DNA of 64,000 nt from Cyanobacteria bacterium auto_48_18 (lineage in GTDB: Bacteria > Cyanobacteriota > Vampirovibrionia > Obscuribacterales > Obscuribacteraceae). Location of the stretch: NCBI GenBank assembly GCA_036170915.1, contig JAVHQC010000034.1:1-64000 (forward strand). The letters are read 5' to 3'. The first letter of the stretch is position 1, and every line of letters begins with the position of its first letter. A model generated the notes under the pieces. That model saw only the letters and a list, made by a program, of their open reading frames with translations. It made no database searches and was not told the DNA's origin. This document shows, piece by piece, positions 55,511 to 64,000 of the stretch. Made by a program: the position numbers and the translations under genes.

Positions 55511-56029
55511 ATGTCACAATCAGTAATGGGAATTGTTCATACCCGCGAAGAAGCAGAATACATGGTAGATGCGCTTAAGGCCGGCGGTTTTACCAATGAT
55601 GATATTTCTGTGCTTTTCCCTGATAAGGAAGGCACCAAAGATTTTGCTCACGACAATTCTACTAAAGCGCCTGAAGGCGCCATCACCGGCGTCAGCGCCG
55701 GCGGCGTTATCGGCGGAGCACTTGGTCTTTTGGCCGGCATTGGCGCACTAGCTGTACCAGGTGTTGGTCCATTGATTGCAGCTGGCCCACTAATGGCCGC
55801 ACTAAGTGGCGCGGCGGTTGGAGCCACAATTGGTGGCGTCAGTGGTGCCTTGATTGGTATGGGCATTCCAGAATACGAAGCAAAATTGTATGAAGGCAAA
55901 GTGCGCGACGGCAACATTCTAATTGCAGTGCACGGCGCAAACAACGACCAGTTGAAAGTTGCTGAAGACCTCTTCAAAGCCAATCGTGCCACCGATGTTC
56001 ACCGCGTGGGCGAAATAGCAGTTAAGTAA
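55511..56029 (+). CDS. general-stress-type membrane protein with Gly-rich hairpin
   Basis: LKAGGFTNDDISVL, GGALGLLAGIGALAVPGVGPLIAAGP, GMGIPEYEAKLYE. GGAG RBS precedes ATG 55511. Confidence 0.85.
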   Translation: MSQSVMGIVHTREEAEYMVDALKAGGFTNDDISVLFPDKEGTKDFAHDNSTKAPEGAITGVSAGGVIGGALGLLAGIGALAVPGVGPLIAAGPLMAALSGAAVGATIGGVSGALIGMGIPEYEAKLYEGKVRDGNILIAVHGANNDQLKVAEDLFKANRATDVHRVGEIAVK

Positions 56030-56046
56030 GCGCTGAGCTTAGTTTG

Positions 56047-56080
56047 AAAAGAGCACCTGGTTTCGGCGAGGTGCTCTTTT
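56047..56080. terminator. bidirectional intrinsic terminator
   Basis: AAAAGAGCACCT-loop-AGGTGCTCTTTT between convergent genes. Confidence 0.85.
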
Positions 56081-56124
56081 GATGTGTTTTCAAAGCTGTA
56101 TGCATGAGAAGTAAATATTCATAG

Positions 56125-56706
56125 TCACACTTTTATGTTGGTGCCAAGCAAATCGAGGAATTTTTTGATCCACTGTGGATGCCCTGGCCAGGCCGCTGCA
56201 CTGACCAAATTGCCGTCGACATTGGCATTGGTAAAATCTTTATTCTGCTCCACAAATGTGCCACCGCAGGCAGTGATCTCAGGAGCCACCGCCGGATAGG
56301 CCATGCAGGATCTGCCATTTAAAACGCCGGCGGCCGTCAGAATCTGCGCGGCGTGACAGACTGCCGCCACCGGTTTATTTTTGTCGAAAAAATGCCTGAC
56401 GCAATCGAGCACATCTTTATTTAGTCGAAGATATTCAGGGGCACGGCCCCCTGAAATCACCAGAGCGTCATAAGTAGTGTAATCGATTTTGTCAAAGTCA
56501 GCGGTAATACCGAAGTTGTGACCGGGCTTTTCGGTGTAGGTCTGGTCACCTTCAAAGTCATGAATAGATGTTTTCACCTTATCGCCGGATTTTTTACCGG
56601 GACAAACACTGTCGACCTGGTGGCCAACCATGAGTAGCATCTGATATGGCACCATGGCCTCGTAGTCTTCCACAAAATCGCCAACAAGTTGAAGTATTTT
56701 GGCCAT
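56125..56706 (-). CDS. DJ-1/PfpI family protein
   Basis: [33 protein letters not shown]. Start set at MAKIL. Confidence 0.92.
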   Translation of the reverse strand: MAKILQLVGDFVEDYEAMVPYQMLLMVGHQVDSVCPGKKSGDKVKTSIHDFEGDQTYTEKPGHNFGITADFDKIDYTTYDALVISGGRAPEYLRLNKDVLDCVRHFFDKNKPVAAVCHAAQILTAAGVLNGRSCMAYPAVAPEITACGGTFVEQNKDFTNANVDGNLVSAAAWPGHPQWIKKFLDLLGTNIKV

Positions 56707-56775
56707 AGTTGCCCCAATTAAGATGAATGTCAGTGACAGTAAAATCACAGTAGATAGATTAGAGCAACTATACAC

Positions 56776-56804
56776 AAAAAAGCACCGGCAGCGCCGATGC
56801 TTTT
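56776..56804 (-). terminator. intrinsic terminator after the 90-aa gene
   Basis: Minus strand AAAAGCATCGGC-GCT-GCCGGTGCTTTTTT. Confidence 0.75.
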
Positions 56805-56828
56805 ATTTGGCTACCTGATTTTCGACTG

Positions 56829-57101
56829 TTAGCCGGCCCGTCTGCGAGAAATATGCATTGCTACCACGTTATCCATCAACTCTCTGGAAAAACGAGTTTC
56901 TACCTGATTCAACTGTGTTTCCTGTTCTGTCATTACTGCTGTGCCTGGGTCGAGCATAAAACTGAAATTATCAAAACCATCGTTGATTGCGGCATTTCTG
57001 CACCTGATTCTTCTTGCCTCAACCATGGCACTGTAATCGCTATGAAAATCCTTAATCACGGCATGTTTGATTAGCCGGTCTTTTAGATTGTTGTCTGACA
57101 T
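56829..57101 (-). CDS. small hypothetical protein
   Basis: GAGGGTAGGG RBS, ATG, followed by a terminator. Confidence 0.65.
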   Translation of the reverse strand: MSDNNLKDRLIKHAVIKDFHSDYSAMVEARRIRCRNAAINDGFDNFSFMLDPGTAVMTEQETQLNQVETRFSRELMDNVVAMHISRRRAG

Positions 57102-57297
57102 TTCCCTACCCTCGTACTAAAGAACTTCACATCGATTGAGGACTTGGAAACCGGGTGGAAGTTCCGGATATTTGGGTCCAATTAATAAATTTATTTTGCT
57201 AGAAGCTTATGGGTAGCCGATTTGAGTCATGCATAGCTCAGCGTTAGTAGCCGATCTTACACAACAGAAACGCTGGAAGCATGACCAAGACTGAGCA

Positions 57298-58071
57298 TTA
57301 GTCGGCAGGCTTTTTCAGCGGCTGCGTGGGAACTCTTTCAAGTCTTTCACCAAGAGTAAACTTTGGCTCCGGCCGGCCTGCAAACTCAGGACGGCTGCGA
57401 ATGGCTTTTGCTTCGGAGAGTCGATTTTCGGCTGTGAGGAAGTCGGCATACTCGAGCCATACCAACTTTTCAAAGGCAGGGTCATGCTTAGATTTGGTCA
57501 AACTTGCCGTCGCTGCCTTAAAGAAACGTTCAGCATCTTTGCTGTTTTTCTTCAAAGCGCTAGCCCTGGCTTTTTCCAGATTTTTCAGGGCGCTTGTGTC
57601 CGCCGCACCTTCTTTCGATTTCGATTCAACTGTGCCGGTTTGCCCTTTCACTTTGTCAGGGGCAACGATAAAATTGCCATCTATAATTTGAATAGGCCCA
57701 GGTTTAAGCGGAGTGCTATCTGTTTTATTGCTGCTTTGGGCAAAGACGCTACTGCAAGAAATCACGAGAGCCCAAAAAGAAGCGGCAATTTGCCTGACTC
57801 TGCGAGCGGCATCTCTGATTTTCCTCAAGCCCACTGGACAGTCTTCGGTAAGCATAGTGCCGTCAGCCCGACGATAAATGCGCAAACATGAGGCGCTACC
57901 CCCGGCCAAAAGTTCCACCACCTCTTTTTTGCTCATCTGGCTGGTGTTGTAGACATTGAGCTGGCACGAGCCGCAAAAGCGCACCTTGTCTGTGCCTTCC
58001 ATGTTTTCCCAGCCGATATTGCAAGGCGAGGCAATCATCACGTCATTTAAAGGGTTTGATTCTTCGTTCAT
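57298..58071 (-). CDS. membrane/exported protein with N-terminal Cys-rich domain and TPR-like C-terminus
   Basis: IASPC..GWENMEG...RFCGSCQLNVYN...CLRIYRRADGTMLTEDCP, then a hydrophobic segment. GAGGT RBS. Confidence 0.78.
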   Translation of the reverse strand: MNEESNPLNDVMIASPCNIGWENMEGTDKVRFCGSCQLNVYNTSQMSKKEVVELLAGGSASCLRIYRRADGTMLTEDCPVGLRKIRDAARRVRQIAASFWALVISCSSVFAQSSNKTDSTPLKPGPIQIIDGNFIVAPDKVKGQTGTVESKSKEGAADTSALKNLEKARASALKKNSKDAERFFKAATASLTKSKHDPAFEKLVWLEYADFLTAENRLSEAKAIRSRPEFAGRPEPKFTLGERLERVPTQPLKKPAD

Positions 58072-58147
58072 GGTGACCTCTATGTGGTCGAGCTTAAAAC
58101 ACTATACCCGGGTACAACATTGATAATTTATTTTTGAAAGGCACAAA

Positions 58148-60142
58148 ATGGCAATAGTCGGCAACGCTAATCCTTACATGGAAAAATTGGCTGCCATCGG
58201 CAATAAGATTGGACTGAACGATGAGCAGTTCACTGCCGCTTCGGTGACCGCCGAGCACGAGCTCAAGCACAATCCATCACTCTACAAGTTTAAGGTGGGT
58301 GCGCTGGCCTTTGTCGGTTATGCCTTCATTGGCGTGATTATTTCTCTCGTGGGCCTTGCTTTGTGGGGCAGCTGGTCGCTGGTGATTTCGAGTCATATGC
58401 GGGTTTACAGCTGGAAGCTCTTGCTGGTGTTGGGCTTACTTCTGTGGGCACTGCTAAAGTCACTGTGGATTAAAATGCCACCACCGGAAGGCATTGAAGT
58501 TAAGCGCAGTGACGCCCCCGAATTGTTCAAAATGATTGATGAACTGTCGCAGGCTCTGCACACCAAGGTCGATAAGGTTCTAATTAATGGTGAGTACAAT
58601 GCCTCGGTGGTGCAAGTGCCCATGTTAGGTTTTCTCGGCTTGTTTAGAAATTACATGAATCTTGGGTTGCCCTTGATGCTGATACATAGTGCTGATGAAT
58701 TTAAGGCCGTGGTCGCGCATGAACTGGGGCACTTGTCAGGAAATCACAGCAAATCGAGCGCCTGGATCTACAATCTGCGCAAACGCTGGAGTAATCTTCT
58801 AATCAATTCGCAAGACAACCCGTTCTTTACGGTGTTTTATCTTTTTCTCAGTTGGTTTTCTCCGCGCTTTGATGCTTACTCTCTTGCTATGGCACGCGCG
58901 CACGAATTAGAAGCTGACGCTGACGCCGTTAAAATTACAGGGCCCCACGCTTTTAGTATGGGCATGATGCGGCTTGAAAGTGCCGGCGGTCTAATCGAAA
59001 GAAAATTTTGGAAGAAAATGAATGATTTGATCAATCATGAATCTAATCCACCAGAAAATAGTTATGAACGATATCGCAACGAAGTAAACTCATCGTTGCC
59101 TGAGAAAGAAGTATTGCAAAAAGCGCTTATGCAGGCGTTTAAGCAAGAGGCGCGGGCCGAGTCTACCCATCCTTCTTTAAAGCAGCGGTTGTTGCACGGC
59201 CATTTTGATGCTGTGGTATCACTGGACGAAAAGAGCTGCCCTGATGATAAGCTAATTGAAAAGTTGCTCAAACCTGTTGACACTACAGAGAGTGCCGGCG
59301 CAGTTTATCTTGGTCAGTGGTTTGATCAGGCACTCAAGCTTCAGAGTGCCGTTTGGGCACACCAGGCTGCCGACATCTGGCACCTCGAGCACAACTATCG
59401 CAAGAGTGCCAATGACCGCTTGACTGAACTTGATCAACTGATGGAAAAGCAAAGTTTGACGGCCGGTGAACTCAAGGAGAAAGCTCATCTTTTGCTTGTT
59501 TTAGATCAGGAAAGTTCTACTCTGCCGATTTATGAGCAATTATTTGAGATGGATCCGGACGATATTATCTCTCAATACAACATGGGCATAGTGCTGCTCA
59601 ATAGCGACAACGACCGAGGCATTGATGTAATTAAATCTGCAATGTCTAAGCGTTTACACCTGGCAGGTGACGGCTGCCCCTTTGCTATTTCTTATTTGAA
59701 GAAACAAAATCGCGACGCTGAAGCAAAGCATTTCGAAGACCTCTATAAAGACTACGAAGAAGAAGCTCACAAGGCACGCAAAGAAAGAATCGATGTAGAT
59801 GGCAAATCTCAACTGGAAGTGAACCAATTAACAGAAGAAGAGCGAGAACATTTGCAAGAAGTATTCAGGCAGTTCGACAAGATTTCTTACGTCTATATTG
59901 TTCGCAAGAAGGTTGAGTATTTTCAGTATTTGCCGTTTATGGCCGTTGGTATTGAAATGAATACTTCTGTTTTTAGTGGCCACGAGGCGGAAGACAAGTT
60001 AGAGCTGGCCACGTGGATGAAGCACAACCTGGGTCTGCCACACGAATTTTGTGTGATCACTTTTGAACTGGGTTCTAAGGCTTTGAAAGATAATATGAAA
60101 GCAGTGCCTGGCTCGCTGGTTTATAGCACTTATAAAAAGTGA
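58148..60142 (+). CDS. M48-family (HtpX/Ste24-like) Zn metalloprotease with TPR-like extension
   Basis: TM helices; YNASV; AHELGH; HELEADADA; STHPSLKQRL. Confidence 0.9.
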   Translation: MAIVGNANPYMEKLAAIGNKIGLNDEQFTAASVTAEHELKHNPSLYKFKVGALAFVGYAFIGVIISLVGLALWGSWSLVISSHMRVYSWKLLLVLGLLLWALLKSLWIKMPPPEGIEVKRSDAPELFKMIDELSQALHTKVDKVLINGEYNASVVQVPMLGFLGLFRNYMNLGLPLMLIHSADEFKAVVAHELGHLSGNHSKSSAWIYNLRKRWSNLLINSQDNPFFTVFYLFLSWFSPRFDAYSLAMARAHELEADADAVKITGPHAFSMGMMRLESAGGLIERKFWKKMNDLINHESNPPENSYERYRNEVNSSLPEKEVLQKALMQAFKQEARAESTHPSLKQRLLHGHFDAVVSLDEKSCPDDKLIEKLLKPVDTTESAGAVYLGQWFDQALKLQSAVWAHQAADIWHLEHNYRKSANDRLTELDQLMEKQSLTAGELKEKAHLLLVLDQESSTLPIYEQLFEMDPDDIISQYNMGIVLLNSDNDRGIDVIKSAMSKRLHLAGDGCPFAISYLKKQNRDAEAKHFEDLYKDYEEEAHKARKERIDVDGKSQLEVNQLTEEEREHLQEVFRQFDKISYVYIVRKKVEYFQYLPFMAVGIEMNTSVFSGHEAEDKLELATWMKHNLGLPHEFCVITFELGSKALKDNMKAVPGSLVYSTYKK

Positions 60143-60187
60143 CTATTGCTTTAGGACTTGTGAGGGTCTGTTTTCAAAGCCTAAGAA

Positions 60188-60236
60188 ATTTTACAACTCA
60201 TAAGTTGTATCATTTTACAACCTGGAGGTTGTAAAA
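60188..60236. repeat. tandem pair of palindromes TACAAC-N6-GTTGTA
   Basis: TACAACT-CATA-AGTTGTA (60192-60209) and TTTTACAACCT-GG-AGGTTGTAAAA (60213-60236), 24-bp period. Confidence 0.75.
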
Positions 60237-60304
60237 AAACGTAAGGCAGCATTTTTGTGTTCCACCCACAGGGCTAAAATCGAACCAATCCCAGCCACTG
60301 AAAA

Positions 60305-61387
60305 TCAAAAACCAATTTTATTCAAAAGCTTCTGAGCTGATGGATGTGACTTGATACGGTCAGTAATTCCCTTCATGTCTCTGGCCATATTTTCATTGTT
60401 CATGCCATATAAAGAATAGGCGATTAACTCGTGCACTTCGTTCAAATAGTCTTGGCCCACCGTGCCTAAGACCTGCCGCACATTTGAGATGCGCTTTACA
60501 CGCCAGGTGTCGGCGTAGGGTTCGTCGCTTGAAGAATTTTCTTTCGCTTTGAAAAATTCAATTTTGAGTATGACTTCGTCACTAATAATAGGGCTATAAA
60601 AACGCAGACCAACATGTGCAAATTGGTCAGGCGAGTATGGGCTTTTACTGACGTTTAAATCAGGGCCGCCGTCCAGTGGCAGAGCTGATTCAACTGCAGG
60701 TGTCTCCGGCGGCGGTTCGTCTAATTCACCTCCGATAGTGACTGCAGTCATTCCCTTAAAATTACTCTGACTGAAACCATGATCAGCTAAAATACGCCGC
60801 AGTGTTGCACCACGATCGTTGGGGTGGCAGTTTGCCAGGCGGCCTGGAATTGTGGCCGGATGATTGTGCATGTAATTTTCCATACGCTCAAAAGCTGTAT
60901 TCTTGAGCTTGCCCACTTCGCCGCCAAGTTCTTTTCCCACTGTGCGCAAAAAATCAGTAGATTCGCCGGCAGCGTAAGCAGGTGTCTCCCAGAAGTTTAC
61001 TCGCAACTTTGCAGGTAAAATTGATGTTGACTGATCATAGTGAGAGTCACCATATGTGACGGGTGCGTTCAGCGCTTTACTGATGGCTTCAAGCATTTGT
61101 GTGCGCAGTTTCGCTTTGGCCATGGCCAGGGCACCACTTGCCACTTGAAGCTGAAAAGCAGTTAGCTTTGGTGTGGTTAAAGCCGGATAGACGAGCACAT
61201 CGTCAAGCAAGTTATCCACAAGTTCAGCGGTCATCACGCGCCTTTCAAAACCTAACGAATCGTGATTTTGAGCCGCCATCATTGCTTCTTGCAGTGCGTA
61301 AAGAGGCGTAGTTGTCCAGTACCAGTAGCCGGCGCCGGCTGCTGAGAGTAAGACGATAAGCGAGAGCACTATTGCCTTGATCTTCAG
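60305..61387 (-). CDS. membrane-anchored hypothetical protein (DUF2939-like N-terminus); probable CTG start
   Basis: N-terminal anchor then TPLYALQEAMMAAQNHD. GAGGA lies 6 nt above an in-frame CTG at 61387. Confidence 0.7.
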   Translation of the reverse strand: MKIKAIVLSLIVLLSAAGAGYWYWTTTPLYALQEAMMAAQNHDSLGFERRVMTAELVDNLLDDVLVYPALTTPKLTAFQLQVASGALAMAKAKLRTQMLEAISKALNAPVTYGDSHYDQSTSILPAKLRVNFWETPAYAAGESTDFLRTVGKELGGEVGKLKNTAFERMENYMHNHPATIPGRLANCHPNDRGATLRRILADHGFSQSNFKGMTAVTIGGELDEPPPETPAVESALPLDGGPDLNVSKSPYSPDQFAHVGLRFYSPIISDEVILKIEFFKAKENSSSDEPYADTWRVKRISNVRQVLGTVGQDYLNEVHELIAYSLYGMNNENMARDMKGITDRIKSHPSAQKLLNKIGF

Positions 61388-61414
61388 AAAACATCCTCAG
61401 ACTGGCGAAAAATA

Positions 61415-61487
61415 TACGCCCGGTTGGATTCGAACCAACGACCTCCCGCTTAGAAGGCGGGAGCTCTATCCACTGAGCTACGGGCGC
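61415..61487 (-). tRNA. trnR: tRNA-Arg(TCT), CCA not encoded
   Basis: GCGCCCGTAGCTCAGTGGATAGAGC-T-CCCGC-CTTCTAA-GCGGG-AGGTC-GTTGGTTCGAATCCAAC-CGGGCGT-A. Confidence 0.97.
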
Positions 61488-61500
61488 TTAGCAGTCCGTT

Positions 61501-61506
61501 ATTATA
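61501..61506 (-). promoter_or_regulatory. putative -10 box of tRNA-Arg
   Basis: TATAAT on the minus strand 13 nt upstream of the tRNA; no clear -35. Confidence 0.45.
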
Positions 61507-61791
61507 ACCTACAGGGTTTTACTCGAGGTCGATATTGATGTAAAGCAGTGGCTGGATGCTGCTCAAGATGGTCGACTAGCCCAACAGTCTTTGTTTACGA
61601 AGCGTAACTTGTCACATTCCGGCTACAGCTGTGCTCTTCTTTGACAACTGGCTTCACTGTTAGGTTTCTGTCTACTGATGCCCGGGTAGGTAGTGTTAAG
61701 GTCAATCTTCTCGAATTTGTTTTTGGAACATAATTATGGTGACGGCATCATATAAGTGCCTGCTTACTGTAGCCATTGAGGTTCGAAACAG

Positions 61792-64000
61792 ATGAGTAGG
61801 CTTATGGAACGTGCAGAAATTGCACTGGAACCCAACGCACTATTGCTAATGCAGCGCTGTTCCACCGTGGCAGCCGTCGTGGCCACTCTTATCGGATTCG
61901 TTGTACTGGTGGCATGGGTCGGCTCCATTTCGAGCCTTTTGTTTCAAACTGCTGGGTATGCCACTATGAAGGCCAATACAGCTTTTTGTATTGTGCTCTG
62001 CGGTTGCGCCTCGTTGGCTGCACCGAAAGTGAAACCGCTAAGTCAATTTCTGTTTTTGCTTGCTGGCATTCTTGGGCTTCTGTCACTTGTTGAACATTGC
62101 ACACAATGGAATCTGGGAATCGACCACCTGTTGGCTTATGACAATAAGTATCAGCTTGCCGGTTCTCGTCCCGGCTTAATGTCACCAAGTACGGCATCGT
62201 GCTTGATTGCAATCTCTCTGGCTCAAGGTTTGTTCAGTAGCCGAGAAAAAGGTGGGGCAGTAAGTACAGGCTTAGTGCTGGCGACATTTATAGCTGGTCT
62301 TTTCAGTTTGATTATGCACCTTTACAATGTTCCGAATGTTTTTTCCGTTCAACCATTTACTCAGGTGGCAGTTCCCACAGCAATTGCATTAATGCTCTTA
62401 AGCGTAAGCGCTTTGTGTGCGCATCCGCGTAGAGCACCAGTTGCTATTTTGATCAGCAATACTGCCGGCGGCCTTGCCAGTCGTCGACTGATACCAGTTT
62501 GCATTGTTCTACCAGTACTGTTGGGCTGGTTGCGAGCGAAGGGTGAAGAGCAGGGCTACTACCCTTTCGAATTTGGTACGTCGCTTTTGATTCTTTCAAT
62601 GATTGTGCTTTTAAGCGGACTGATCTGGTGGGTCGCTGATACTCTAACAAGAGAAGATGCGGCTGAAAAACTTTCGACTGCGCTGAAAGCCAGTGAAGCC
62701 AAGTATCTAAGTGTTATGGAAACAGCTACTGATGCCATTTTTTCCACAGACAGAAGCGGCGCGATTGTTTTTGCCAACAGCGCTACTGCCAGTATGTTTG
62801 GCTATTCTGTTGATGAACTAGCCGGGTGCTCATTGCCGATGTTAATCACCGACGAGCCAAAACATCCACTCAACTCATCGCTTCCCGCACAGTCAGTAAA
62901 AGCTTTTGGTAAGCGAAAGAACGGTACTCTTTTCCCCGTTGAGCTCTCCATCGGCCCCTCTCGAGATGGTGGTGCTGAGGCTAATCATGGCACGATTACT
63001 TACATTGCCCGTGATACCACTCAGCGAAAACAAGCGGAGATTGCACTGCAGGAACATCAAGAACTTACGCAGGCTATTTTAGAAAGTGCCAATGATGCAT
63101 TTATTGCCATAGATGAGACAGGCTTGATTGTTGATTGGAATGATAAGGCCACTGAGACATTCGGCTGGACAAGAGAAGAAGCACTCGGCCGTAAACTTGA
63201 AGAAACGGTGCTGCCGGTGCAACACCATGAAGCCCATTCGCTCAGAATGCAGGAACTAATTAGCAATGGCGTCAATGCCACCGGCAATCAGCGTATTGAA
63301 TCGAGTTCGATGCACAAAAATGGTCATGAATTTCCTGTGGAAGTATCAATCTTCCCAGTTAGAACTAGTATTGGTACCACAGTCTGCGCTTTTATTCATG
63401 ATATTACAGAGCGCAGAAAATCAGAATTGTCGGTGCAAGCTGCTCGAGATGAAGCCCTCAGAGCCTCACGTTTCAAGACAAATTTTGTTGCGACTATGAG
63501 TCACGAAATTCGCACTCCCATGAATGGCATTCTTGGGCTTACCGAAATACTTCTGCTCACTAATCTCAACGACAAGCAACGTGATTATGCCACCACTATT
63601 CAGATTGCGGGAAACTCACTGTTAACCGTGATCAACGACGTTCTTGATTTTTCCAAAATGGAAGCTGGTAAGTTGTTTCTAGAGGTGTCCGACTTTGAGC
63701 CAATCAAGTTAGTAGAAAGTGTCGCAGAACTCCTCACTGCTTCAGCGAGCGAAAAGCAGCTTTCGCTGCTGACCTTTATAGATCCTAATCTACCACTGTC
63801 GATGAAAGGAGATCGAGGCAGGCTGAGGCAAATACTGATGAATTTGGTTGGAAACGCGATCAAGTTTTCGGAGCATGGAGAAATTTTAATTCGGGCGTCG
63901 CTTGAGAAGACTGCTAACAGCAATCAGTTGATGTTTGCGGTCACCGACACTGGAGTCGGACTATCAGAAGAAGAAATGAGCTCATTGTTTACTCCGTTTG
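61792..64000 (+). CDS. membrane sensor histidine kinase with 2 PAS domains (likely hybrid); partial, runs off the window
   Basis: Not in the ORF track. Frame 1 from ATG 61792: multi-TM sensor (MKANTA, MSPSTA), PAS domains (ATDAIF, ANDAFI), H-box FVATMSHEIRTPMNG, N-box NLVGNAIKF, DTGVG. Confidence 0.92.
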   Translation, partial: MSRLMERAEIALEPNALLLMQRCSTVAAVVATLIGFVVLVAWVGSISSLLFQTAGYATMKANTAFCIVLCGCASLAAPKVKPLSQFLFLLAGILGLLSLVEHCTQWNLGIDHLLAYDNKYQLAGSRPGLMSPSTASCLIAISLAQGLFSSREKGGAVSTGLVLATFIAGLFSLIMHLYNVPNVFSVQPFTQVAVPTAIALMLLSVSALCAHPRRAPVAILISNTAGGLASRRLIPVCIVLPVLLGWLRAKGEEQGYYPFEFGTSLLILSMIVLLSGLIWWVADTLTREDAAEKLSTALKASEAKYLSVMETATDAIFSTDRSGAIVFANSATASMFGYSVDELAGCSLPMLITDEPKHPLNSSLPAQSVKAFGKRKNGTLFPVELSIGPSRDGGAEANHGTITYIARDTTQRKQAEIALQEHQELTQAILESANDAFIAIDETGLIVDWNDKATETFGWTREEALGRKLEETVLPVQHHEAHSLRMQELISNGVNATGNQRIESSSMHKNGHEFPVEVSIFPVRTSIGTTVCAFIHDITERRKSELSVQAARDEALRASRFKTNFVATMSHEIRTPMNGILGLTEILLLTNLNDKQRDYATTIQIAGNSLLTVINDVLDFSKMEAGKLFLEVSDFEPIKLVESVAELLTASASEKQLSLLTFIDPNLPLSMKGDRGRLRQILMNLVGNAIKFSEHGEILIRASLEKTANSNQLMFAVTDTGVGLSEEEMSSLFTPF

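Noticed and set aside
61964..63923. Short ORFs listed at the right end
   Set aside because: Shadows of the long plus-strand histidine kinase, which the track missed because it has no stop within the window.
1..64000. CRISPR array or cas genes
   Set aside because: No regularly spaced 25-40-bp repeats with unique spacers were seen; repeats are explained by paralogous genes.

Overview
Bacterial chromosomal window. The gene content suggests Ca. Melainabacteria/Obscuribacterales, but this is inference only. The left end (1-4433) lies downstream of a tRNA-Leu(TAG) and looks like an island. It holds a catalytically inactive long-B prokaryotic Argonaute translationally coupled to a PD-(D/E)xK nuclease, whose C-terminus appears cut by an IS3-like end. 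It also holds a structured non-coding stretch and a degenerate tRNA-Arg(ACG)-like remnant. About half of the window is 13 paralogous minus-strand receptor-like Ser/Thr kinases (1 + 5 + 7, called K1-K13 by position). All share one architecture: two novel CxxC...CxC repeats, Hanks kinase, one TM helix, a conserved cap and a divergent LRR ectodomain, with signs of gene conversion between neighbours. A beta-propeller / ubiquitin-like MoaD-ThiS / MoeB(E1)-rhodanese trio is translationally coupled to the head of the 5-kinase block. A secreted HET-C/VWA7-like protein sits between the two blocks. The rest is envelope, TPR, VIT and stress genes, tRNA-Arg(TCT), and a PAS histidine kinase that runs off the right end. 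Family names come from motif recognition, not database searches.
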